Assembly: GCA_013239625.1 (NCBI GenBank) | Contig: MU053561.1 | Span: forward strand, 3,426,283 to 3,490,282 | DNA: 64,000 nt | Origin: Lama guanicoe | Lineage: Eukaryota | Direction of reading: 5' to 3' | Shown here: in pieces, positions 52,810-64,000 of the stretch | Layout: each line of letters opens with the position of its first letter | How positions within the stretch are numbered: the stretch's first letter is position 1 | Notes under the pieces: generated by a model | Seen by the model: the letters and a program-made list of their open reading frames with translations, nothing else | Databases searched by the model: none | What the model was told of the DNA's origin: nothing | Translations under genes and position numbers: made by a program

Positions 52810-54640
52810 TCATTCCAGTGGTCAATGAATATCTGATTACTTTCTACTAGAGGCCAATAACTGCTCTAAACACTGAGAACCAGAGGCAAGTGGTCCCTGC
52901 CCTCCTGGAGTATAAGTTCTAGTGGAGTAAGGAAGACATTAAATAAGTAAACACGTAGGGAGAGACTGGGAGGAAGCCTCTTTAAAGAAGGTGTTCAGGG
53001 AAGCCTTCTCTGCGGAGGTGACATCTGTGATCTGAATGATGAGCAAGTGACCAACCCTGAAAAGCTGTCTGGGGACCATGAGATTAAGTCCAGTGGTGCC
53101 TCTAGTGATGACAGTGTGAAATAAGGCCAGGGCAGGGGGTGGGCAGGCATCGGGTCACGCAGGGCCCTGAGCCAGGGTAAGGAGCTGGGATTTTATCCTA
53201 GTGCAATGGGAAGACACCGAATTACTGGATTTATGTCTCTAGAGACCACCCTGGCCACACGTAGAGAACGCATTTCAACAGGGCAAAGCGGGAGCAGGGA
53301 GGCTCCTGCAATAGTTCCAGACGTAACAGGAACCTGGACCAGGATGAAGGCAATGGTGATGGAGAGAACTACGTGACTGGGCAGAACTGGCCTTGCCGGG
53401 GACTTGCTGATGAACGAGAGGTGGAGCGGGGAGGACAGGAAGGGAAAGTCAAGGATTTCACCTAAGTTTTTAACTTTAGCCACTCACGGATGGTGGTGAC
53501 CTTTACTGAGATGGAGGAGGCTGCGAGGGGGTGTCATGTATGTGGTAGGAAAGTATGAGTTCTGTTTAGACACACAGAGGTTGAGATGCCAATAAAACAC
53601 TGAAGTGGAAATGCCAAGCAAGCATTTGGATGTGAGTCTTGAGCTCAAGGGGGAGGACACGAGGGTATATGAACCTAGAGACAAGGATGATGGCTCCAGG
53701 CAGGGGCCCAGGACACTTCCACATTCAGACACTGAGCAGAAGGGAACCACCACAGAAAGCCCCTAAGTAGGAGTGAGAGAGAGAGAGCGAGAGCAAGGAA
53801 ACGGGGGCGGGTGGTGTCACGGGCACTACACCAGGAGATGCGATTCAGGGAGGGAGGGGAAGTCAAGTATGTTGCATGCTGCTCTAGAGGTCAAATGAAA
53901 ACAAGGATAGAGATGTGCAGTTATATTTGGAAACGAAATGGACACTTAAAAAAAATTAGCGGTTTCAGGAGAGTACAGACCGAAGCTAGACTGGGGAAGG
54001 CCGAAGAGTTGGAGGAGGCTGAGGGACTGCAGGCGGCAGATGCACACAGAATGGTGCTCCTAAGTTTCACTGTGAAGAAGAGCCAAGAAATGGGACCGCA
54101 TTTGGACAGGTGGGGTCAAAGGTTATGGGTGCATTTTTTAACATGTGTGCATGTTGATGAGCGCGATCCGGTAGAGACGTCCCTGCAGGAGAAAGGTACT
54201 TGGAAAAGCAAGAAGGAAAGGTTCTACTGTAAAAGGGAGGAGGGTGGAGTGAGGGTTCAAACAGGCAGTAAGGAAGTTCTTGGCAGATTGCTTCACTTAA
54301 GTTTCACTGAAATACCAAGTGAGGTCAGCAGCTGAAGGGAGCGGCAGTGGAGGGGGAGCTGGAAGTCTAAGAAGGGGGAAGACAGACAGGCCCCTCTCGG
54401 AAGGCGGCATGGCCCATCCAAAGGCAACATCACAGGACCGCCCAGCCACATTGAATGAACACTTGAGTCTTGTTATCAATTTTGCGAGGAGATGGTGGGG
54501 GAGTTAGGCGTTCACAGAGCCAGGGGTTTGCCAGGAATAGGACAGAGGAGAGAGAGGCACTGCAGAGTTGAAGGGATTTGCAAAGGAGTGATGATTATAA
54601 TAATAAAAGACATGCTGGTTAAGGAGACAAGGAAGACATA
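52810..54640 (-). mobile_element. Long L2 relic
   Basis: Purine-rich antisense L2 text (ggtccctgccctcctggag; ggattttatcctagtgcaatgggaag; gaggttgagatgcc). Confidence 0.75.
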
Positions 54641-57243
54641 AGGGGGACGGTGGGTAGTGAAAGAACGTCACCATCAGGAAATTCCCCTATTTCCTTAATT
54701 TCTCTGTGCTTCCCATTCATGCCCTAACTGAAATCTGGTTATCCCCGAAAGAAACCATTCATGACACTAGATCCCTCTCCACTGGAGGCTGCTTTTCCTT
54801 TAATCCATGGACCTAAGAACCTGAGATGGAAGCAGGTAACCAAACTTCAAAAGCATCAGATCGTCTGAAGAGCACATCACTACACTGAGTAACACACCAC
54901 CTTTCTGTGGCAGAGAATCTAGGTTGGCTTAGAGAAGACAGGGCTGTATTTGTCACAGGGCTCCACCCCTTGCCTTACAATGGCCCATGAACAAGGCCTA
55001 ACTATACTTGCTTTTAACACCTTGGAGTTCAAACACTTGCTTTTATATCTTTCATACTCTTAGTATTTGTTTTGGTGCTTTCCTGCCTTTAAGATCTGGC
55101 CTGCTGGTTTAGCTTTGACTGTCTTGCACCTCAATTTTGCTGGTCCGTTTATATGGCCAAGATGCTCAGGCTCATACTGATCAGTCCTGTGTTTAATCAA
55201 TAAGGAGAGGCTTACGTGGCTCCCCCATTATCAGCTGTTCTGGGCACCACGTCTGCAGAACTTCTCAAATCCATCAAAAAGGCCGTAACACTATCCTTCC
55301 AGCAACTGGGTAACCATCAGCTTGGAGGGCAGTTTTAGGAAGACGTAGCCTGAGAGCTGTTTGACTAGCAAATTTCAAATTCTAATTCTCAGGCTGCCAG
55401 TTCTAAGTGTCAAAGTAATTCCTAGTAATTTTTCTTCAGGTCAGTGCTGGCTGGGCTAACGCATGGCCCTGTTTCTCCTGGAATACATTCAGGAACAGAC
55501 AGAAAACCTGCAAAGCACGGCCAGACTTTAAAAAGCAAATTAGAGAATGTGAAACTGGAACCCAAGGATCTCACTGACAGATCGAGGTGAACTGGGGATG
55601 GCTGACTCAGGAATGACCAGCCACGGACTTGGGACAGTGTGTTCACAATCAGCTTTCCGAATCCCTCGCCCCCTGACCTTGTGGGACATTCGTTTAAATG
55701 CTTTGTTTTGTTCTCAATTGTTAAAACTTTTCAAATATAGTTTATACACTTATCACAGACCTACTATATGATCTAAAGAGTTTTATTTGGTCAAAGTTCA
55801 GACAAAATATACTAGGAGAGTAATCCCCACAGTGTCTGAGAAAATGTACTGGGGATATGACCAATTTTTAAAGTTTTAGAAAGAGGTCACCCATCCGACT
55901 AGACTCAATTACTAGCTTATTTTCTTATCCTTTTTGTCAAATACCACGGTAAAGCCCAAACCAGGACATCAGAAATTAAATTATAATAAACTTAAATATG
56001 ATGACTGTGACATTCATGAAAAATATGTTCTTTATGAGGCTTTAAATTTTAAAAATCATACATTTATAAGTCACTCAAACCCTTAATTGGCTACAGATTA
56101 TTAAAGCGGTGACACTCCTATTATTTTTTTAATGACAAGCTAAATTCTAAAGCTACAAGATGAATGTTCTTTTTTATACTAATTCATTTCCAACTGAAAA
56201 ATTACTTGCAAATTGAAAAAGCAGGAAACCTACTTTTCTTTTCCCATACATGAATAGAAAAGGCTGACTACAAAGACAAAATATTTTTAGTCTCTCAGTT
56301 TGACCTAGCTTTAGCTAACTCTATTTTTATCTCATAACCAACATCTGTATTTTCGTTCATATACTTCCCTCAATCACTAAATTGAGTTCTTAAGTTCATT
56401 TATTATACTGTATTTTCAAAAAGGACTTGAGGGGTCTAGCATTAAAAGTGCTGGTACAATCATTCACGCATCTAAAGAGAGATGACCTGAGAGAACATCA
56501 GGCACAGCTGGGGACAGACGCCAACAGCAGGTGCCTGGAGAAGAAAAGACGAAAGGAATGTAACTAATGCAAATTCGGGTTTGGGTACAGAGCCAGGTGC
56601 CATGCAAAGCCTCCCAGCTCTTAAAGAGGAAAAGAGGCGGGCAAGCAGAAGTGAAGACAGTTAAGACAGTAACTACTGCCTGGGCGTTAATGAAGCAACT
56701 GGGAGATTTTCTGTTTCATATTTGGATTCTTATTTCTTAAAGGCTGAGAATAAATGGCATCTCTCAAAAAGGGATAAAGTGTTGGGGTATGTCAAGAAAA
56801 GCTGCTCCAGCTGCAATACAGAGAATGGAATAGTGATGGTAAGCATGGGTGTGGGAAGATCTGTCAAGGTCATACAGTGATCCAGGCCAGGCTGGACAGG
56901 GCGGAGACCTCAGAGAAGAGAACAGAGTCAAGCTGGGTGGAGACCTGGGCTGACTCACCCATGAATAGGTACTATCTGACACCACAGGCATGGACTAGAT
57001 CAACCACAGTTTGAGTGAAGCTTGAGATAAGCTGTAAAGGTGGTCACAAAATATGTTTTGAGCGTCTCCCTTGAAATCATCAAACCTTTATGGAACGGCC
57101 ACAAATCAACTCAATCATTGTTTCTGACATGGCAGAAATATGATTTGAAAAAAAGTTATTGCTTTAAAGTGAATTGCATGCTTATATAATCCTAAAAACA
57201 AAATTAACATCTGAGTAATAAATATACATGTCAAAGATATGTC

Positions 57244-58763
57244 ACACACATGCAGATCAATAGGAGGAAATGGAGAACTCAGATAGACCCACTAAATAGG
57301 GTCCATTAATTTATGAAAAAGAAAGCCAAGCGTATACAATGGGAAAGAAAAGTCTCTTCGATAAACAGTGTTGAGAAAATCAGATGTAAAAGAATGAAAC
57401 TGGACCCTTATCTTACACCATACACAGAAATTATCTCAAAATGGGGTTAAAGACTTGAATGTGAGACCTGAAGCCATAACACTCCTAGAAGAAAACACAG
57501 GCGATAAGATCCTTGATGTTGGCCTTGGCGAGTTTTTAGACTAAACTAACTTAAGCAAAAAGAAGCAAACTTAAAATAAGCAAAAATAAACAAGGCAGAC
57601 CACACCAAACTAAAAAACTTCTGCACAACAAAGGAAATCATCAACAAAATGAAAAACCAACCTACTGAATGAGAAAAAATATTTACAAATCATGTATCTG
57701 ACAAAGGGTTAATATAAAAAATATATTTAAAAACGTATACAATTCAATAGCAAAAAACCCTAAATAATCTGATTAAAAAAAATGGGCAGAGGATCTGATT
57801 ACACATTTTTCCAAAGAAGACATACAGATGACCCACAGATACATGAAAAGGTGCTTAACATCCCTAATCATGAGGGAAATGCAAATCAAAAGCACAGTGA
57901 GATATCATCTCAGACCATTAGAAGGGCTATCATTAAAAAGACAAGAAACAACAAGTGCTGGTGAGGATATGAAGAAAAGGGAACCCTTGTGCAGCGTTGG
58001 TGGGAATGTAATTGGTGCAGCCACTAAGGAAGACGGTCTGGAGGTTTCTCCAAAAATTAAAAATAGAACTATCATATGATTCAGCAATTCTGCTTCGGAG
58101 TATTTATCTGAAGAAAGCGAAAGCCCTAACTAGAAAAGATATACACACCCCAGCATTATCTACATCAGCCAAGGTGTGGAAACAGCCTAGGAATTCATCA
58201 ATGGATGAGTGGGCAAAGAAAATGTCAGATGTGTGTGTATGTGGGCGTGTGTGTACACACATACATTATGCAGCTACGAGAAGGAAGGAAATCCTGCTAT
58301 TTCTGACAACATGGATGGGCCTTGAGGGCATTGTGATAAGTGAAGTAAGACAGAAAAAGACAGACAGGCAAATATTATATGATCTCATTTACATGTGGAC
58401 CCTAGAAAAGAAAAACTCACAGATACCAAGAACAGACGGGTGGTCGCTGAGGTGGGCACAAGATGGGTAAAGGGAGTCAGAAAATTCAGACTTCCGGTTA
58501 CAAAATAGGTAGGTCACAGGGAGGTAATGTGCAGCGTGGGGAGTTCAGTTAATACTGTTTTGCATACTTGAAAGTTGCTAAGAGACTAGATCTTAAAAGT
58601 TCTCATCAGAAGACAAAAAATTTTGAAACTATGGATGGTGAGGGATGTAAGCTAGACTTATTATGACCTTGTAACAATATATAGAAATATCAAATCATTA
58701 TGTTGTACACCTGAAACTAATATGATGGACATAATGATATTATGTCCATTATGCCTCAATAAA
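57244..58763 (+). mobile_element. L1 ORF2 end plus 3' UTR (L1MA9-like)
   Basis: ORFs 57828..58079 and 58012..58470 give degraded ORF2 C-terminal peptides ([27 protein letters not shown]); TSD aaag(a/g)tatgtc at 57233-57243 and 58764-58774. Confidence 0.9.
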
Positions 58764-59212
58764 AAAGGTATGTCTAATGGGAATATGCCACTTAAAACCA
58801 GATAATTAATAACCAACCAACTTTCACATACTATTCTCCACACAACCATCTTTTAGAATCGTTTATCTATTGCTCCCATCTACAGATGATGCAACCGCAG
58901 CTCAGACACTATCATACTAGAGTATGGTCCCAAAGCCAAGGCATCTGTCCCCAAATCTTCTTTGAGCACTATATGCTTGAATTTGGTTAAGTCTTAGAAT
59001 TCTGGAGCAAACTAGTGACATAACAGCATATTTGAGCATGTTAAACCAAAAGCACTGAAGTTACAATGTCCTGGGTAGAAACTTTCTGTTTTCTAGCATG
59101 TGTTCTATTCAGGAAGCTCTGAAAAAAATCAACTGAATATTAGAAAGGAGACTAGAAATGAGTAGGTCCTTGTGGCTTAGGGTAACAGAACCAGGGGTTG
59201 GTATAAGAAAAA

Positions 59213-59231
59213 AGAGAGAGAGAGAGAGAGG
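59213..59231. repeat. (GA)n microsatellite
   Basis: agagagagagagagagag run. Confidence 0.8.
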
Positions 59232-62200
59232 GAAAAGGGAGAAAAGGAAGACTGCATGTCAAATGTGAAGTTAAGGTTCAGTGGCCTGTGTGCTTGGGAA
59301 ATGATGAGGAGAAGGCTGAGGGCGAGGAGAACAGAATAATTCATTTTAAAATCAACTTTCAAGTTGGTTTTGCTTATTTATTTATTTTTTCAGGAGCAGA
59401 TTTATCTCGTTCTACAGTGTATGTTTTAAATACAAATGCTTAGTGAAAGTTCCACCTTTTAATGGAATGTTTATCCCTTCCTTTCCCATCTGATATCCTG
59501 GTGTAGCCACATGACACAAACCAACCATCCCCAGGTTGCTTTCTTTTCTTTCTTCCGCCAAATTGTGCTCCGGGTAACAGAACCAGAACCTGCCTTATCC
59601 TTCCCCATTGGCTGAGAATGCAGACCATAAGAGATGTTTCTTAACTTGGTCATGAACATTAGGAAGACTAAAGAGCAAGAAGGACCCTTAGACACACATC
59701 CAGCCTCTGCTCTGAGCGAATTCTCATCGGCCGTCAATGTCACAAATTCGTCCATCTCTGCTTCCGTTTTCCCCCCTGTGACTTGGTTGCCCATTCCCCA
59801 CGACTAATGTATGGTGACATTTCATGGACAGGGGCTGAGAACATGCTAGAACTACAGACCACTCTAATGCAAGGGGTAGTGCATGGTAAATAAAAGCCCT
59901 TTCCCCTAAGCTTTTTCAAACAAGGGTCACTTCCCTCCCACAAGGAGGTTGTGCTGGCTGGTCCTCCTGGCTGTGGCCCAAGGCCAAGTAAACTTCTCTG
60001 CATTAGCCATACTTGAATCACACATAAATAATGTAGGGTCATGCCTCGCAGCTGCCAGGGAGGGCACGGCTCCCCAAAGGAAAACAAACATTGCTCACTC
60101 CCCTTCTGCCGAGAAGCCTGGCACCTTACAGGACATGACAACCCTTCCTGTGGCCCTGTCCTTCCGCGCCAGCCCCAGCCCCACCTCCTCCCCTGCTGAG
60201 CTCCTCTCAACCTTCCTCCTTCCTCGTGAAGTCCTGCCTGACTCAGGGCGCCAGGCTGCCCACTCCATCCTTTCTGCCATCTCCTTCCCTATTTTTGCTT
60301 CTACTGTAATATACAGTGAGTCATGTGTTTACCTGCCCCCTCCCCATGATGCTGCAAACTTCCTAATGGCACACTTGTACCCAAAGTGCGTATCTGACAG
60401 TGTCAGCACAAATTAAACAGCTGATGAATTATTTATGTAAGAAGAGCAAATGCTATAGTCTTACAGGCATCTTCATATACACCATCGCAACGTCACAACT
60501 TCAAGCATCAAGTTGTAAATTTATGGACACGCAGGGAACTGCCTAACTCATCACCTTTTCCTTGGAGCCACTGAATGGCTTTCTTGGGAAAGGGAGAGTG
60601 AGGGAGATTTGGAATTTGAGGGGTTTGCCTTCCTCTTAGAGCCAGTCTGACATATGGAACACTTTGGTTTCATCTTTAGCCCTACATCAATGAGAAAGAA
60701 AACTAAGGAGAAAATTAACCATGGCAGTTTTCTGGAAACCTGGCTGAAAAAGCTGTAAAGGCAGAATCTGTGCCAATGAAACATCTACCTCCCGACACCA
60801 GAGTAACTGAAGCCATGTGGCCCCGAAAGCACTTCCACTGGTCCACAGATACCCCACTGCGGGAAGCACAGGGGTCCCGCAGCAGTAAGAACCTGGCCGT
60901 GCGTGATACACAGAGCATCAGAGAGCCCACAAGCCAGGCAGGAGCCATGGCACGTTGGAGGGCGGCACCAAGCCCCCTACCCGGCTGCCCTGTCTCTCCT
61001 GATAAAGGCCTGCTTGCCTACGAGCTGCATAGATCACTAGTCCCAACTCAGCCTTCCCTGGAAGACGGGCAGAGCCCACTGCTATTCGAGGATGTCACCT
61101 GCCAGATTATAAAGAAAAATAAAGACAAAGACAGCCTCTCCTGGCTGTCTGGGCTGGCCAAACAAAAGGGGCAAACAAGACTGGGCACGTGTTACTGATC
61201 CACCTGCTTGCCGCTGGAAGCAGGTGAAAACCAAGTCAGACTACAAGCACCATAGCCCTACCCAGACAGCCTCCCAATTTGCCAGTATTTCAAGGCTACG
61301 GGGCTGAAACAGACAGTAGCTCCCCCAACACCCCTGTAGCATGTCCCCGAGGGCTCCACACCACCAGTGCGCTGGCTACTGTTCTATGACAAATTCTGAA
61401 CGGTTCTAGAATAATTCCAACCAAACTTCAGCCCTCTGCTGTCCTGTATGTCCCATAAAAATATTCATAGCTACGTACAGAAAAACCTCCCTTCAGTAGA
61501 AAAGCAGGTAAGCAGAGGCCTCCTGTGATTAGGCAGGACTTGGACAGGGTAGTTCAGGAACAGTTTCATGGTGATTAACTAACTTGCTTCATTTCAATGT
61601 AGTTGTCACTCTGAATTACCACTTAATGGGTGAAGCGTGCAGCCTATAACAATCAGTAGTACAGGCGTAAGGAAGCAAGACATTAAAAAAAATTAGCCCC
61701 TAAAGCAATTATTGCAGTGAATTTTTCAAATAGTTTTAATGCTCTGTCTTTTGACCCCAGGGTATGGCTTGGGGAAAATATATTAATCTCAAGATAATAA
61801 TCAGTCAATTTCAGTTCTTCAATATCCACAATGATATTAAAGATTCCAACCTTACTCTTTTTGGTTGCAAACATTAATTAAGCATGATAATTGTGTGTCT
61901 CCGTGATATTTGGTGCTTTCTGAATGAGTCAGAGCTCAGGGAATAATTTGAATACAGCAGACAGCAATTTGCTACATAAATTCACCCCAATGGCTATTAG
62001 CTCATTTTAAAATAGTCAAGACTCCTAGATTAGAGGGTTTTTTTTGCATTAATACCAAGTTAATTACATCTACATAACCTTTTATTCACCCTTCCCAAAA
62101 CCCTGCATGAATAGCTTCTGCAAGGCCTGACCTGAATGTAATAAGGCACACAGTGGGAGTTTCCAAATGTGTATTTTTAACATGGTTTCCTTGAACTGTA

Positions 62201-64000
62201 GTGCTCTGCAGACTCTATCTTGATAATTATTTTCAGAAATTTTTCAGATATTTGTTTTCAGAAATACGAGTTTTGTTGAAGACTTCATACTTGTTTTTTT
62301 TTTAAATCTCATTTTACACCAGATAATTTCAAAATGAACCACATACATACACAGACTGTATACGAAGGGTATTTACCAGCTTATGGCAGAGTTTGGGTGC
62401 CGGTTTGGAGGGACAACTGAAAAACTAGACCAGTCATCAAAATGAAATTATACTGAGCAGTGCAGCAGAGGGTTTGTTTGGTTTGGGGCTACAGGCCACC
62501 GCAGTGGGGGTGAGCTCACAACAGGGGTGGACTGAACAGGAGCTCCTCATGGACCCCGGCTAGAGAGTGGCCGGGGTCGGTGTCCCTCCTGGCACCGCCG
62601 CTTCTCGGTCATCACCTCATTCTGTTTCCCTCTGCTGCTGTTTCCCCACTGACTCTTGTCATTCTGGTGGCGGCAGCAGGAAACTTGGACGCCGCCCACA
62701 CCACCTGCTCCAAACCACTCGAGGCCTTGGAACACCACCCGGACAGTGCCGCACGGTCCAAGGCAGAAGTCAAGGGTGTGAACCCACACGGAACTCTCAC
62801 ACTCTACACAGCGGAATGGATGGACACATTATTTGCACCTCAAAATAAAAATGACTTTGGGCAAAACATGAGATTCTGCACTAAAAACGTGACTCAGACA
62901 AGCCTTGCCTTGGGTCCACGCGGACATGCGCAGAGACGTGGTGACACTGTTAACACCAGGGCAGCCGCGGCTGAGTTCAGAACGTGCAGGTGAGCCACTG
63001 GGGCGCACGGGGCTATTGATCGTGTTAGTCAATTCTTTGCTATTTTTCGTTAGATCAGGAAACCTATCCGTTTATTCGGGCTTGGCAATTATTAAAGCTT
63101 ATCTGAATCGTTATGACTCCTGCAGTATTTGTGTGATTTATTGCACAAGACGGCTCGCCAGGATCCTTGTGAGTGGGATACAGATACCCTGAGGGTCACA
63201 TCACTTTGGAGAGGACAAGCTCATGACACATTGACAAGCAGGCTGGCCCTCTGTACCCCTCCCTGATCTGTCACATGCCACTGTGGAAAGGCCACAGAAA
63301 TCGGTGGCCACACTCCCCCATTTACCATCTGCACGACACTGAGAAGCTACCCAGCTACTCTGAACCCTTTTTGAATTTGCAAGCCACGATATAAGCATGA
63401 TTCCTTTTTGCCCTTCTCGCTGAGAATTCACTCCGTCACAGGCAATATCAGAACTCACGCCTGGCAGCCCGGGGAGGTGAGCTCCTACTCTGCTTGACTT
63501 TCAACCCAATGCATGTGTGCCACGAGCCATCACCCTGCAGTCACTTTGCTAACCTGCATTCTCACCAGTCCACCAACCTACACCCCCATCCGCTCTGCAC
63601 GTCCTGTTCTCCAGGGCAGCGCTTCTGGAGCTGCCAGGAATGGCCGGGGGCAGTGCGTTGGGCCGTGGACTCTGCTTCTTTTCAATGACAGCAGCACAGC
63701 CCCAGCTCTCGTCAATCCTGAAATGCCAACTGAGATACCATTCGAAACTAACGGCTTCTGATCATCAAGGAAAAAAAAAGAAAAAGGCGTGAAAATCACT
63801 GGTGTAGTGGGAAGAACATGGGTTCGTTGAATCCCAGACCAGCAGCTTATTAAATATGTGACTGAGGGCGAATTCTAAGAACTCTCTACATGCCAGCTGT
63901 TCAGTCTGCAGTGCCGGCTGCTGGCAGAAGCAAGCAAGCAGGTCCCTGGGAGAGAGCCCCTCACACACCAAGACACTGGAAGGCAGTCGTGGTCATCTGC

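Noticed and set aside
53811..54335. Longest ORF in the window (174 aa)
   Set aside because: Lies within a decayed L2, on the strand opposite the L2, and has no recognisable motif.
61683..61874. 63-aa ORF with protein-like composition (possible endogenous viral or pseudogene fragment)
   Set aside because: Short and AT-rich, with no family I recognise and no poly(A) or TSD; only a significant BLAST or HHpred hit would revive it.
62480..63010. CpG island or SLC22A15 promoter
   Set aside because: Only modest CpG enrichment and no exon 1/2 coding sequence; the 5' end of the gene lies outside the window.

Overview
Mammalian genomic DNA, probably from a camelid (inferred from the tRNA-derived SINE and L1 tail families, not certain). 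The window holds the 3' part of SLC22A15, an MFS/SLC22 organic solute transporter gene, on the minus strand. Ten coding exons (numbered 3-12 by comparison with the human gene as I recall it) lie at 50136-15000. All have GT-AG boundaries and compatible phases, and they join into 1344 nt, i.e. 447 aa plus TGA; exons 1-2 lie beyond the right edge. A putative 3' UTR of about 3.1 kb ends near 11860. The rest is intron and intergenic DNA rich in L1, L2, MIR, LTR elements, DNA-transposon relics and SINEs, several with intact target-site duplications (TSDs). I found no new multi-gene system, and most ORFs in the track are spurious. The best leads are a near-canonical FFAT (VAP-binding) motif at the transporter C-terminus, retroposon remodelling of the 3' UTR, a local AT->GC-shifted tract suggestive of GC-biased gene conversion, a candidate poison exon in intron 5, and an intronic solo LTR. 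Repeat family names come from recalled consensus sequences and need RepeatMasker/Dfam confirmation.
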